Under the pieces are notes generated by a model. The model was given only the letters and a program-made list of their open reading frames with translations, ran no database searches and was not told the DNA's origin. The translations under genes and the position numbers were made by a program. A stretch of 64,000 nt of DNA. Origin: the human T2T-CHM13v2.0 reference genome, Homo sapiens. Location: the NCBI RefSeq assembly GCF_009914755.1, contig NC_060933.1; one strand, 5' to 3'. Shown piece by piece: positions 42,236 through 53,746 of the stretch; position 1 is the stretch's first letter; every line of letters starts with the position of its first letter.

Positions 42236-45200
42236 TGTTTGCTTCTGCTGTGCCCTCCCCAGGCATGCCCTCTCCTCCACACTCATCCTCATGTGCCTAC
42301 TCCTTGGTTCTGTTCTTAGAGAAGAATAGCATCTTCTTCAAGAACGCTCCCCAGCACCTCCAGGCAGAAGTGACGCCTCACTTCCTGACCATTTGGCCTC
42401 CCTTCTCGGCCTCTTTGGGCTAGTGGGCAACCCACTAGTGTCAACACATTGCTTAGACTGGACAGTGGACAGAACCCAACCTGTTCATCTTTGTTTCCCA
42501 CGTGGGGCTTAGCGCAGTGCTGACCACATTCAACTCCCTCGCTCCTCACCTCTGGCAAGCCTCACGAATTGATCTTTCTGGCCAAGTCCTGACACAGCCC
42601 CTGAATCTTTCTTACCATACTGCCCCAGATAGACATGATGCATGGAACAAAACTGCTACTCAAATCAAAACCTGACTTGCTTCTCTCCAGCCTGACATCC
42701 CCCCAGCTCCCTCCTGTTGCCCCCACCCTGCCCCCTAGCAGGAATGCTGCCTGAGTTGGCCATTATCCGTGGAAGCTGTAATAAAATGGGAGAGCACAGG
42801 GGTCATCTGGAAGTGTGTCTGGGGAAATGTGATGGAGGCTGCCTGAGACAATTTCCCACCTTTCTGCTGAACTCCCGGTTCTGCCTGAGTGTGGCACCCC
42901 CAATTCCATAGAGTTCCTCTCAAGAAACTTCTCCAGGCTCCCCTGCTTCTGCAGCCCATACCCACTGGCATCCCTCCTATCCCATCCTGTGTCTCCTGTC
43001 CAAGTCCTGCTCCTCCCCCAAGCCTCAGTTTACAATGTCACCTCCTCTGGCTGGGTGCATCTATATTCTTCTAGCACTCTTCTTCATTCCACCTAATATG
43101 CATTTAATGCCCACATCCCCTTGTAGAAGGTAGAGAGTTTTTTCTGTTCACTGGTGTATCTCTAGTGCCTAACACAAGGTCTTGGTCATTGCTGGGACTC
43201 AACAGACATTTGTTTGATGAATGAATAACTGGATGAATGAATGAGCCATGCAGAAAATATACCTTCCTGCCTGGAGCCGTCTCAGGCATCCACGGAGCAG
43301 AGTTGGGTGTCAGACACCTGGCTGTGCCATGATGGACTGTGCTTTTTGACTAGCCACAGACTTTGGAATCCTACAATTTCTGAGCCCACAGGACACTTGG
43401 AGAGGCCAGCTGGGGAAACTGAGGCCCGGAGAGGCACCTTGTCCAGCATCACATAATAAGACCCTCTACTCTAGGCATGTGTTTCTCACTCTTTGATTCT
43501 TTCTGTCCTGCTGATGGCCCAGTCTGGGGTGTGGGCTGCCCGGGAGGTAGCGAAGTTCAGCAGAGATTCATGGAGAGCTAAGCAAGCTTGGTGAGTTTCA
43601 TGTCAACTACAAGGGGAGCTGAGGCCTTGCACAGGCGGAGGTGGAGCCTCGGTGGACAGCCGATGTCTGAGTACATATGGGTCCCTAGGACCCCCAGGCA
43701 AGGACGGGACCCCTCCCCTCCCTGCCCAAAGCCCAGAAAGCAGCCCAGCCAGACGGGGAGACGGTTTGTAGCAACAGTGAGGTGATGTCTGGTTTCTCCT
43801 TGCGCATTGTAAGCAATGATTCATCTGGCTCCCAAACCAAAATATAGACCGAGTTCTATTATAAACACAGGTTCTGTGGAGACCCGCCTGCTGGGCAGCC
43901 AGAGGCCCCTTGCAGACACCACGTTCCCTGGAGCTCCCCGAAACATTCCCTCTCCCTTAGTGCCAGTCAGGCACCGATCGCAAACTGGAAAGTCACTGCC
44001 CACGGGCCCACTTCTTGCGGTCAGCACCCGCCCCATAATTGGCGGGGCGCTGCACAAGATAATGGTTTAGATTCTTGCAGGTCTGGGGCCCTGTCATTTG
44101 AAGCTATTTGCTGGCCCCAGCTGGTAAACATTGTTAAGATGCTTCCAGGGAGCATAAGCACCTCCCACCGCCTACCTCCCGCCTTGGCTATGCTCGCTCT
44201 TCTGCTCCTGGCCATCCAGGAGAAACTGGGGTGTTCACGGCAATGTTCAAGGCCCTTCAGGGTCCCTTGATCAAGAGATACCTAGAAATTGTATATCCCA
44301 ATGGGTCTGGAGTCCCAGGGAAAAGTACTGGCTTGGCCATAACTTGCTAGGTAACTTTGGACAAGTCCCTTCCCCTCTCTGAGCTTCAGTTTCTCAGTCC
44401 GTCCAGTGAGAAAGGAGATTGTCAAACTAATGGTTTGGGGCTCTTTCAACTCAGTTACTCCAGGGTTTCATGACTGACCTCTGCCTGAATAATGCTGCAA
44501 CGATGTGAAGCTTTCATCCCAGGGAGGCGCATCTATAAGGGGATCTCTCCTTGAGTGGCTTTGTGGCTCTTCTAGGCAGGTCTTAGGCCTCAATGAGCAT
44601 GTTTCATCCCATGCTTTTTGATGGCTAAGGATGCGGGATTGGAGTCACAGGCCAGGCGCTGCCCCTAGAAAGCTGTGTGGCCTCAGCAAAGTCTCTTTAC
44701 CCCTCTGAACATCAGTTTCCTCAACTGGCAAATGTGTATGGTAATTTCTGCCTCCTAGGAGTGATAGCAAGGAGTCCATGAACTGATATGTGAAGGCTTC
44801 AGTGCTGAGCCAGGCATAGGGCCTGCCACTGTGCATGCCCGTGATGATCATTCACTTCCATTTAGCTGCATCCTGAGTAAAAGGGTTTACTTGAAATCTT
44901 CTCCTGGGATTTCACTGGAGAAATGCCTCTGCTTCCTTTGTGGGGAGGTTTGGGGGCTGAAGAATTGGTTTTCAGCAGAGTTCTTGTGGCTGCAGATGAA
45001 GCCACAGGAGCTGGTGATGGCCAAGGGCCCCCTGGACCCCACATTATGGTTCTCTTGGGGTTCTTGCCCTGTTACTCCATTGGATCTTTGCAGGCAGGTA
45101 GAATACGGCAGAGTGAGCTTCAGAGAGGATAATTACTCATACAGAGTCACATAACCAAGAGTGCAAGGCTCCATTCAGCTCTTCACTGGGAAAAAGTTTC

Positions 45201-45259
45201 ACTTGTTCTTCCTAATCTGCAAGCTCCAGGTGGAAAAATGATGATCACGGCTGTTAGTT

Positions 45260-45995
45260 ACATCATGTCGCGCTACCTCCCTGCTCGAAGAGCTTCTGTG
45301 GTTTTGCATCATATCACCGCCAGCATGCTCTGACCTCCTGCTTCTCCAACCACCGCCATCCTTCACCCTCTCACCCACTCTATTCCAGTCATACAGGCCT
45401 TCCTGTGTTCCCTCCAAGCCACTTGAGGGCATTCTTGCCTCAGGGCCTTTGCACTTGCTGTTCCCTCTGCCTGCACTGCCTTTCTCCATGGAGCCAGCCC
45501 TGTGTTCATCCCATTCATCTCCTTAGAGCAGCCTTTGCTTGATCCCACCCTCTCTTCACCATCCCTCCCCAATGCCGTGTTCTCTGTCTGTAACTTTACT
45601 TCCTTGTCTTCACAGCACTGATCACTACTAGACATTTTCTCTCTGTTTCTGAAAAGATTTTATTTTAATTGTGGTTAAAAAACATATAACATAAAATTAC
45701 CATCTTAACCAATTTTAAGTGTACAGTTCGATAGCGTTAGGTACATTCACATTGTTGTGCAATCAATATCCAGAAATGTTTCATCTTGCAAAACTGAAAC
45801 TGTACCCATTAAGCAACTCCCCATTCCTCTCTCCTTGCAGCCCAGATGTTATTTTTGTTTGCTTTGTTTTTATACCTCCTTAATTAGAATGTAAACTCCT
45901 TTAGGGCAAAGGATGTTGTCTGTCTCATTCTTCCTGTGCCTAGAATGGTGCTGGAGCATGAAAACTCGGTAAATGTTTATCAAATGAATGAATGA
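45260..45995 (+). mobile_element. L2 3' region, interrupted by an antisense L1MB-like fragment (~45657-45843)
   Basis: cctcagggcctttgcacttgctgttccctctgcc ... aaatgtttatcaaatgaatgaatga; insert aacataaaattaccatcttaaccaattttaagtgtacagttc. Confidence 0.7.
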
Positions 45996-47821
45996 AAAAT
46001 GAAGATTATGATAACAGCAGCTAACCTTTTCAGCGCCCTTGAATCCAATGCCAAATACTGCGCTTTACACACTTTCTATCCTGCCATCCCTGCTCCAACT
46101 TTGTAGCCCCATGTTATAATTGAGGAAAATGAGATTCTCAGAGGTGAAGTCATTGGCTTTGGGTCACCCAGCCAGCCAGTTAGTACAGCAGTACTGGAAT
46201 CCAGATGGGTCTGAAACAAGAGGTTGTATGCCCCGGTTTGCCCACTGGGGAAAAGAGTACACGCCCCAGCTAGAAGAATCACACCCAACCTTGTTGCATC
46301 AATCTCCATAGGCCCCTGAATCTGAGATACAATCATGTCACTGAGGGCTCTTGAGACATGAATAGGTGCAGAAAGAATGCTTGTAAACTCTCCAGACCTC
46401 TTAGATCAAACTGACTCTGCTGTTTATAATAAAGAGTCCCCACTTCCTGGGGGCTGATGGGGGGTGTTGAGTGTGTATGCCTGTGTGTGTCTGTGTAAGT
46501 GCATGGAGCTGTACATGTCTGGAGATGTTTGCAAGATTTCCAGCGTGTTCCCAGATGTCAGAAGGATCTGGTAGTGAGTGCCTGTGGCTTGTTAGCAATG
46601 GGACTCAGAGTAGGCGTCTTCAGTTCTATGAGACTCAGTGTTCTCTGTAAAATGGAGATGATAGTCGCCCCCGAGCCCAGCTCATCTGACTGTTGGAAGG
46701 AGTAGATGAAGTCATCTATTATGCACGTAGTCCTGGGTAAACGGCAGCACATAGAGAGGGTCTACAGGTTTGAGCGTGCATGTGCGCGTGTGTGTATTCT
46801 GGTCTTGTGTGTGTATTTTAGACTCTGGAGGAGTCTTCAAATTCTAGGGTTCTAAAACATCATAGCTGAAGGGGACTCAAGAGTTCTAACTCCCTTATCT
46901 GAAGTTCAGAGAAGGGTAGGAACCCACCCAAAGTTGCATAATAAGTTAGGGACAGCATCTAAAGCAAGCCCAGAGCTCCCTGCGTAAGAGGGTCTAACAT
47001 GGATGAGTGTGGCTACCCTGTGCACAATGGAAGCCCCCCATCTGATGGAAGCTTGAAGTCTGAGGTTTCCTTTGGAGACCTTACTCTTATGAAATGGCTC
47101 AGGTGATTATACCTGGTGCCACCTGAAAGCACACAGTCAGCTTGGTTCTCTCGACTCAGAGGCCTGGCCTGGACATGCCTTTTGGCCATCAGGACAGAGG
47201 GTCAAGGTTGGTACTGGGGCGTTGCCAGAGTCCTTCTCATCAGTATCTGGATGGCCTATCCCTCCCTGGAATAGGAGCTGGGGCCGGTGGGAGAAGGGAA
47301 ACAACTATTTGGGTTAATATATGTGGTCAAGGCGTGTGATGGGGGCTTTATGAGAAGGGGCAGGTCTTGAAAGGGGAGGGAATCCCAGCATCCCGTGTGA
47401 CGTGGTGGCTCAGCACAGTCCAGACCTCAAGTCCTACTCAGTTTACTCCTCCATTGACAAATCCTAGCCCTGAGAGACGGTCTCGCCTTCTCTCTTGATT
47501 CAGAAGGAATGGTTGCGATACACCATCTCTTGGTCACAGTTGCTCTGTCCCAGTTCAGCTCACCTACTCTGCCAGAGCAGTGAATGACCCTCCTGATGTC
47601 CTCTGGCCTAAGAACCACTGGGAGCAGAGAGAAAACCTTAGGAATATGTGAACCCTCACATGGTATCTGCATCCATCTGGGGAACCTTTACTGAGTGCAC
47701 ACTCCATCCCGGATGCAGTACATACGGTGCTGAACAGGGCAGGCCGGGAGGCTGGGCCCTTGCGATCTCCAGGACCAGATGTGTCCTCCCTGCCTGATGC
47801 AGCTTCTTCCCCCTCCAACAG

Positions 47822-47866
47822 GGACACAAGGGCTATCCTGGACCTGCAGGGCACCCCGGAGAACAG
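47822..47866 (+). CDS. COL27A1: Exon 8 (45 bp) GHKGYPGPAGHPGEQ
   Basis: ctccaacag|GGA...CAG|gtgagg; five triplets. Confidence 0.94.
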
Positions 47867-48478
47867 GTGAGGGCCTCAGCCTCAGCCCTGCCCTGGTCGC
47901 TCTCCCTCCTCCCAGCCCCTACCTGTCTCTGGCCCCCTCCCTAGATCCTGCTCTGTGAGCCAGCCCCAGAGCCAGGCTGTTTTGCCTCTCACCCTGCTGG
48001 AGCCCCCAGCCCACTCCAGTCCACCCCACCTCTCTCGCCCAGCCACATTTGCCCAAAAGAGCCAGAGTCCATGCCAGCCTGATGTTGGCATGAGCCGCAC
48101 AACGCCAGTTGGAGCCATGAATAGCTGGCCTGTTCCGGGCGATGTTAGGGGATATTATACTCACCGCCACGGGGTTTGCAGGAATTTTGGCCAGCCTGGC
48201 CCAAGTGAAACAGCAGCCCTGCCAGCATGGGAGAACCAGCCAGGCCTCCTCAGTAATTTCTTATTCCTGGGCTGCAAGCAGAGGGGGTTTTGTCCCTCAG
48301 AGCTGGTCTGACCGGTTTCACAGAGGGGTGGGCTTGGGGGCCCTCCCCTTCCTCCTGTTCCATCTCACATTCCTGCCCCTCTCTTTATTCACTGTCAGCC
48401 CCAGTCTCCCAGGGTCCCCCAGACCCAGAGCTGGGCAGGGTCTTTCTTTTCCTTATGTTTCTCTCTGTTCCTTTGCAG

Positions 48479-48532
48479 GGGCAGCCAGGACCTGAGGGCA
48501 GCCCAGGGGCCAAAGGTTACCCTGGCAGGCAG
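48479..48532 (+). CDS. COL27A1: Exon 9 (54 bp) GQPGPEGSPGAKGYPGRQ
   Basis: cctttgcag|GGG...CAG|gtgcag; Gly-X-Y. Confidence 0.95.
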
Positions 48533-48971
48533 GTGCAGTATATGGCTTCTGGAAGCTCTGTGGCCATGGTGATGTGAAGATGGCCACAGGTGCCCCGAGG
48601 CAGAGGGAGGTGGTGGGCTGGGGGCCAAGGAGCTGCACCTGCTGGGTGGACCCTAAGGAGGGGGCTTTCCAGGGGACTGGACCAAGGAAGCCTGTCTTTG
48701 CAGGCACAGGATAAGGCTGCATAGTAAGAGGAGGTCTGGTTCTGCGGGGCTGGGGCTCCAGAGGCTCCTCCTACTCAGTCTCCCTCCTACCCACCAGCCA
48801 CCTCCCTGGGATCCTAGGGCTGTGGGGGTCAGGCCAAAGATCGCTGATCTAACCCCACCCCCATTCTACAAAGAGAGCAGCAGAGGCCCCAAAGAGGCAG
48901 GACTTGCCCCAGGATTGGCAGCAGGTAGAGCGTCTCCATATGTCCTTGCCCCTCTGTGTTTTGTGTTTCAG

Positions 48972-49016
48972 GGGTTACCTGGACCGGTAGGAGATCCCGG
49001 CCCCAAAGGCAGCAGG
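48972..49016 (+). CDS. COL27A1: Exon 10 (45 bp) GLPGPVGDPGPKGSR
   Basis: gtgtttcag|GGG...AGG|gtaagt. Confidence 0.95.
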
Positions 49017-50874
49017 GTAAGTGGTTCCTGGCCAGTGCCACATGGGTGGGGTTCTAGGTGAGCATCACCTGTCCCTCCAGTGGGCTTGATGGGAGGTCAG
49101 AGCTATAAGGAGAGCCAAGGCCCTCCCACTTGAGTGCTCCCGGACAACAGAGGGGCAGCAGGAGGGATGGGTGATGGGAGACCCTTGAGCCAGGTAAACT
49201 GCTTGGTCCCCATGGCCAAGAAGTCTGGGAAGTAAAGACTCTGCTGGGGGTTTGGCCACAGTCCAGCTGCAAACAGCTAGGCATTTGTTTGCTGTGTCTC
49301 CTGGCTCATCCCAAGTTACAAGGGAGCCAGTATGGGCCACTTGAATTGCCTGTCGTCGAATCTTCAGAGGCCTCCCTCCTGCTCCCAAATGAGGGCTGGG
49401 GGGAACCACTCTTTGTGGAGGGCACCTGGTGTGGGAATGCTGCCCAAGCCTGCAGCCTGGTGGAGTTTCCAGATCTCCCCTTCCTTCAAGGCCCCCATGG
49501 AGCAGACCCCGAGTAGCGATCAGCCTCAGTTGCCTACCTCTACAATGGTCATGATGTCCATTTGTACCTCTAGTCTGGTTATGTCAAGCTGACTTGACAG
49601 CTCAGGAGGGGGCCACCAGGTGGGGACTCCCATGTGGGTTGTGGGAAGACAGAGAGGGTTCTGGGTGGACCGAATGGGGTAAATGGAGTTGGAAAGATTT
49701 AGAGCTGATGTGGTGGAATCGTTTCTTTTACACACAAAGAAACTGGGTTCATGGCGGGGCCTGGATGGCCCCAGCTTACACTGCACGCCTAAGGCGGATC
49801 TGGGATGGGGACCCAAGTCTTCCGAGGCCTGGACTTGCTGCCTCTCAAGGAATGCTCAGGAAGGGGGTCACACAGTCCTCGGTCAGGACAGATCACGTAT
49901 CCTTTGCTCCTGAGCCAAAGCTATTTATATTTTGGCAGGAGGGAGAGGACAGAACAGTTGCAGTCTCAGCCCTAATCCCTGCAGCTGACTGGTGGCTGTT
50001 AGGAGAGTGTGGGGAGGCGGGAGTGGGGGCGGGGAGGTGCATTCCCCAGGAGGTTACTGTGACAGGCAGGGCCTAAGGAGGCTCTTGTCCCAGGGTGCTG
50101 TGCCTCTCTTCCTTTATTCTGCTGCTCCCATGGGCCATTCCCCCAGAGGGACCCCCTAAACCCAAGGAGAAAGGTCTTCTCAGTCCAGCCCCAGTCCTGA
50201 TCTCCTGACCTGCCAGAAGGACAGGCATGTTAATGACATCTGGGGTTGCTCGACTTGCCTGCCAGGCTGGTGGCATCTCAAAGTCACATAGCAGGAGAGG
50301 ACTGGTCTGGCCCCAGCACTCCTGTCTCTTACAGGCCACACAGCCCTGGGTGGGAAGCCTGGATGAGCAGTGAGTCACTCAAGCTGCCCTTCCAACCCTG
50401 CCACCACCAGCCTCATATTTCTGAAGTAGGCAGAGGGCAGGCTTTGGAATCAGGATGACAGGCTTTGAGACCTGCCCTGCCATTAGCTAGCTGTGGGAGC
50501 TTGGGCAAGTCACTGGGCCTCTCTGAGCCAATTATTTTCTCACCTGTAAATCTGGGAGATAAGCACTATTTGGAATGGCAGTAAATGGCACTCTTTCAGA
50601 TTATGGATATTAATCATGCTGGATGCCAACGAGGAGGCTCAGTGGCTTCTTGGCCTTCCAGGGAAGGAGAGATGGTTGTGAGCCTCCATTGGTTGCTTGT
50701 TTGAGGAGAGGCAGTATGCAGAGTGGTTAGGAGCCCAGGCCCAGGAGTCAGAAGACTTGAATTTGAATACCAGTTCTACCACATTTCAGCTGTTTGGTCC
50801 TAGGCAAGTTGCTTCACCCCTCTGGGCCTAAATGGTCTTACCTCTACAGGGGGCTGAGTAATAATACTTCCTCA

Positions 50875-51201
<327 letters not shown>

Positions 51202-52153
51202 ATAATACTTCCTCGGGGTGTGATAAGGATGGAATAAATGCTTTAATATATGCAAAGCACTGGCAGCAGGCCTGGCCTATCATTCGTGCTCAATAAACAT
51301 TAGCTTTTGTTAGAGTTATTATTAAATCATTCCACCAAGAGTGGCACGCAGATAGTGGTAGAAGCCCCGGGCGAGGTTACTGCCCTTTAGAAGTTCCCAG
51401 GCTAATGAGGACGTGAAGCATGAACACAAATAATGAAGATACAAGGGAGAAAGTGGAGAAGGATGCTACCGAGGTGCAAAAATGGCACTGGGGATGGGGG
51501 GGAGAGATTGCTTCCGGCTTGGGGTATCAGGGATGCTTGCCCAAGGAGAGCGCTTATGAGAGCTGGGCTTTGAAGGATTTGGCTCAGAAGTCATGAGGGA
51601 TGGGAAGGACATGCCTGGTGGAGGGGACAGAGTGAGGAAAGGCTGGGAGGGAGGAAATGAGATGCATCCTAGGGAAGAGCCCCAGAATGGTGACGAGCCC
51701 CAGCTGTGGAGTCAGCTGGCCCTGGGTGACCCTTGAACTGATTAGGAATTCCCGAAGAGAATTCACAGCTCCACTACTGACTAGTCGTGTTGCTTTATCT
51801 ACAGAGCCTCAGTTTCTTTGTCTGTCCAGTGTGGGTGGTGACAATCTGGGGGGTCCTTGTGAGAGTCTAATGTGGTAGCATGCATGTGCCTGGCACAATG
51901 TTGGCACTCCGGGTTCGCAGCCGCTGTTAGTTAATGCCAGCACTCAGGCGGCCAGAGGTGGATGTAAGCCCTACATCCAGGACCTTGAAGGCCTAGGAGG
52001 AGCCATGGCAGGAGCCACGGGCACCTACCAGCATCCCTGGGGGTGGGCAGGGCTTGGTGCCGTGCTAGCATCTAACCCAGCCGCGAGCTTCCTTCTGCAG
52101 GTCCTGGAGCCCTGGCGTGGGGCGGGCCTCCTGCCGGCGAGCGCCTGCACCCT

Positions 52154-52249
52154 TCCCTGGCGTGAGGGTATGTGCCTTTGGACTACATCGTGGAAGCCAG
52201 CACCATGCAGTCCATGGGCATATACACTTGCCTCAAGGCCTATGTCATC
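52154..52249 (+). ncRNA. MIR455: pre-miR-455 hairpin (5p arm TATGTGCCTTTGGACTACATCG 52169-52190; 3p arm GCAGTCCATGGGCATATACAC 52207-52227)
   Basis: The arms pair with each other (TATGTGCC with GGCATATA, GGACT with AGTCC) and match the miR-455-5p/-3p sequences as I recall them. miR-455 is known to lie in COL27A1 intron 10. Confidence 0.96.
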
Positions 52250-52394
52250 GAGGAGCCACCGGAGCTGCCACTGCCACCAGGGAGGAAGAGGAGGAGCCGG
52301 GATGTGGGATGGCAGTGGTGGGTGGGCTGCGGCAGGTTGGGCCAGCCACACCTCACTGCTTGACCGCTCTGACCCCCTTTCTTCTCTTTCCTAG

Positions 52395-52448
52395 GGCTAC
52401 ATTGGGCTCCCAGGGCTCTTCGGCCTGCCAGGGTCTGATGGAGAACGA
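52395..52448 (+). CDS. COL27A1: Exon 11 (54 bp) GYIGLPGLFGLPGSDGER
   Basis: ctttcctag|GGC...CGA|gtaagt. Confidence 0.95.
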
Positions 52449-52856
52449 GTAAGTTTGCTTCTTTGGTTATTCACCATCCACAGCCACCCCTGCCCAAACA
52501 GAGCAGAACCTGCCAGGCACCAGCCTGGGGAAGTCAAGGAATTCCTCCTGGAGGAGGTGCACTTGAGTCGAGTAGGAGTCTGATAAGGGGACAAGTCAAG
52601 GCAGATGCATTCCAGGCATAGGGAACAGCATGTGCGAAGTCAGGGATTTACGGTAACTTGGCGAGTTTAACACTCAACACTGCCAAAGTGCTGCGTGAGA
52701 GGGTGAGAGTGGTGGGAGTTGAGGCTGGAGAGGACCCTGGGGCAATGTCTTAGGTGCCCAGGACTAAGGTTAGAAAAGGAACTCTGTTCTGAGGGTATGC
52801 GGAGCCTCTTGAGGACTTGCAACCAATGAACACCGGGCCCACTTTATAATATAGAT

Positions 52857-53075
52857 CAGGGGTCTGCAAACGGTGGCCCATGGGCCAAATCCAGCCAGTT
52901 GTCTGTTTTTGCAAACAGTTTTATTGAACTCAGCCTTGCTCATTTGGTTACATATTGTCAATGCCGCTTTCTCACTACAATGGCAGAGTTGAGTAGGTGT
53001 GACAGAGACCGTATGGCCCACAGAGCCAAAGATATTCACTATCTGCCCCTTTCCAGAAACCATCTGCTGATTCCT
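52857..53075 (+). mobile_element. MER58A (hAT-Charlie)
   Basis: caggggtctgcaaac...ggcccatgggccaaatcc...gcagagttgagtag...acagagaccgtatggccc. Confidence 0.82.
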
Positions 53076-53701
53076 CTTTTAGACAGATCAGTTGGTTTAC
53101 TTGAGTAAAATGTGTTGGTTGGGGGTGGGGACAGCAAGAGCAGGTGGCAGGAGTTCCAGCAGCCAGGGGGAGCGGCTGTCTGGGGAAGGTGGTGGGACTG
53201 GTTTGGTGGTGGGCAGTGGGTGCTAAGATTTCCTAAGACACCCTGTCCTTCCAGACCAAGTATCTAAGTCAGAGGAGTCCAAAAGATGGTGTGGGAGCTT
53301 CTCACAGACCCCTGGCCCAGCCTGGAGGTCCATTAGAAGCCCCTGGGGTGGTGGCCTGGGGATCTTCCTCCCCGCCCCCTCCCAACCTGAGCCCTTATCT
53401 ATGGGAACTCACTTGTAACCTCCATAAGCTGGGTATAGAGAACCTTAGGACAGCTGGAGCCTGAGCATTTATGAAGCACCTGCTGATTACAGGAACTGGC
53501 ATTTCTCTGTCTCTTAGGTCACCACAGACCCCGACCCTGCCATCCGTCTGATGTGCATGTCACTGGGGCCGCCACGCAAGTGGCACACATTCCAGGCCCT
53601 CTGTGACTTCCTGCCGTGGGTGGCTCTGGGCTGGTTTGGGGCAAGCCTGGCTGTCCCTGCTGGCATCCTGCCCTGACCTCTCCCCTGTCTCTCCCCTGCA
53701 G

Positions 53702-53746
53702 GGCCTGCCTGGCGTTCCTGGCAAGAGGGGCAAGATGGGTATGCCG
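53702..53746 (+). CDS. COL27A1: Exon 12 (45 bp) GLPGVPGKRGKMGMP
   Basis: cccctgcag|GGC...CCG|gtaaag. Confidence 0.94.

Noticed and set aside
49611-49627. CTCF-like GGCCACCAGGTGGGGAC
   Set aside because: Mismatch at the conserved GGCG position; cannot be supported without ChIP data.
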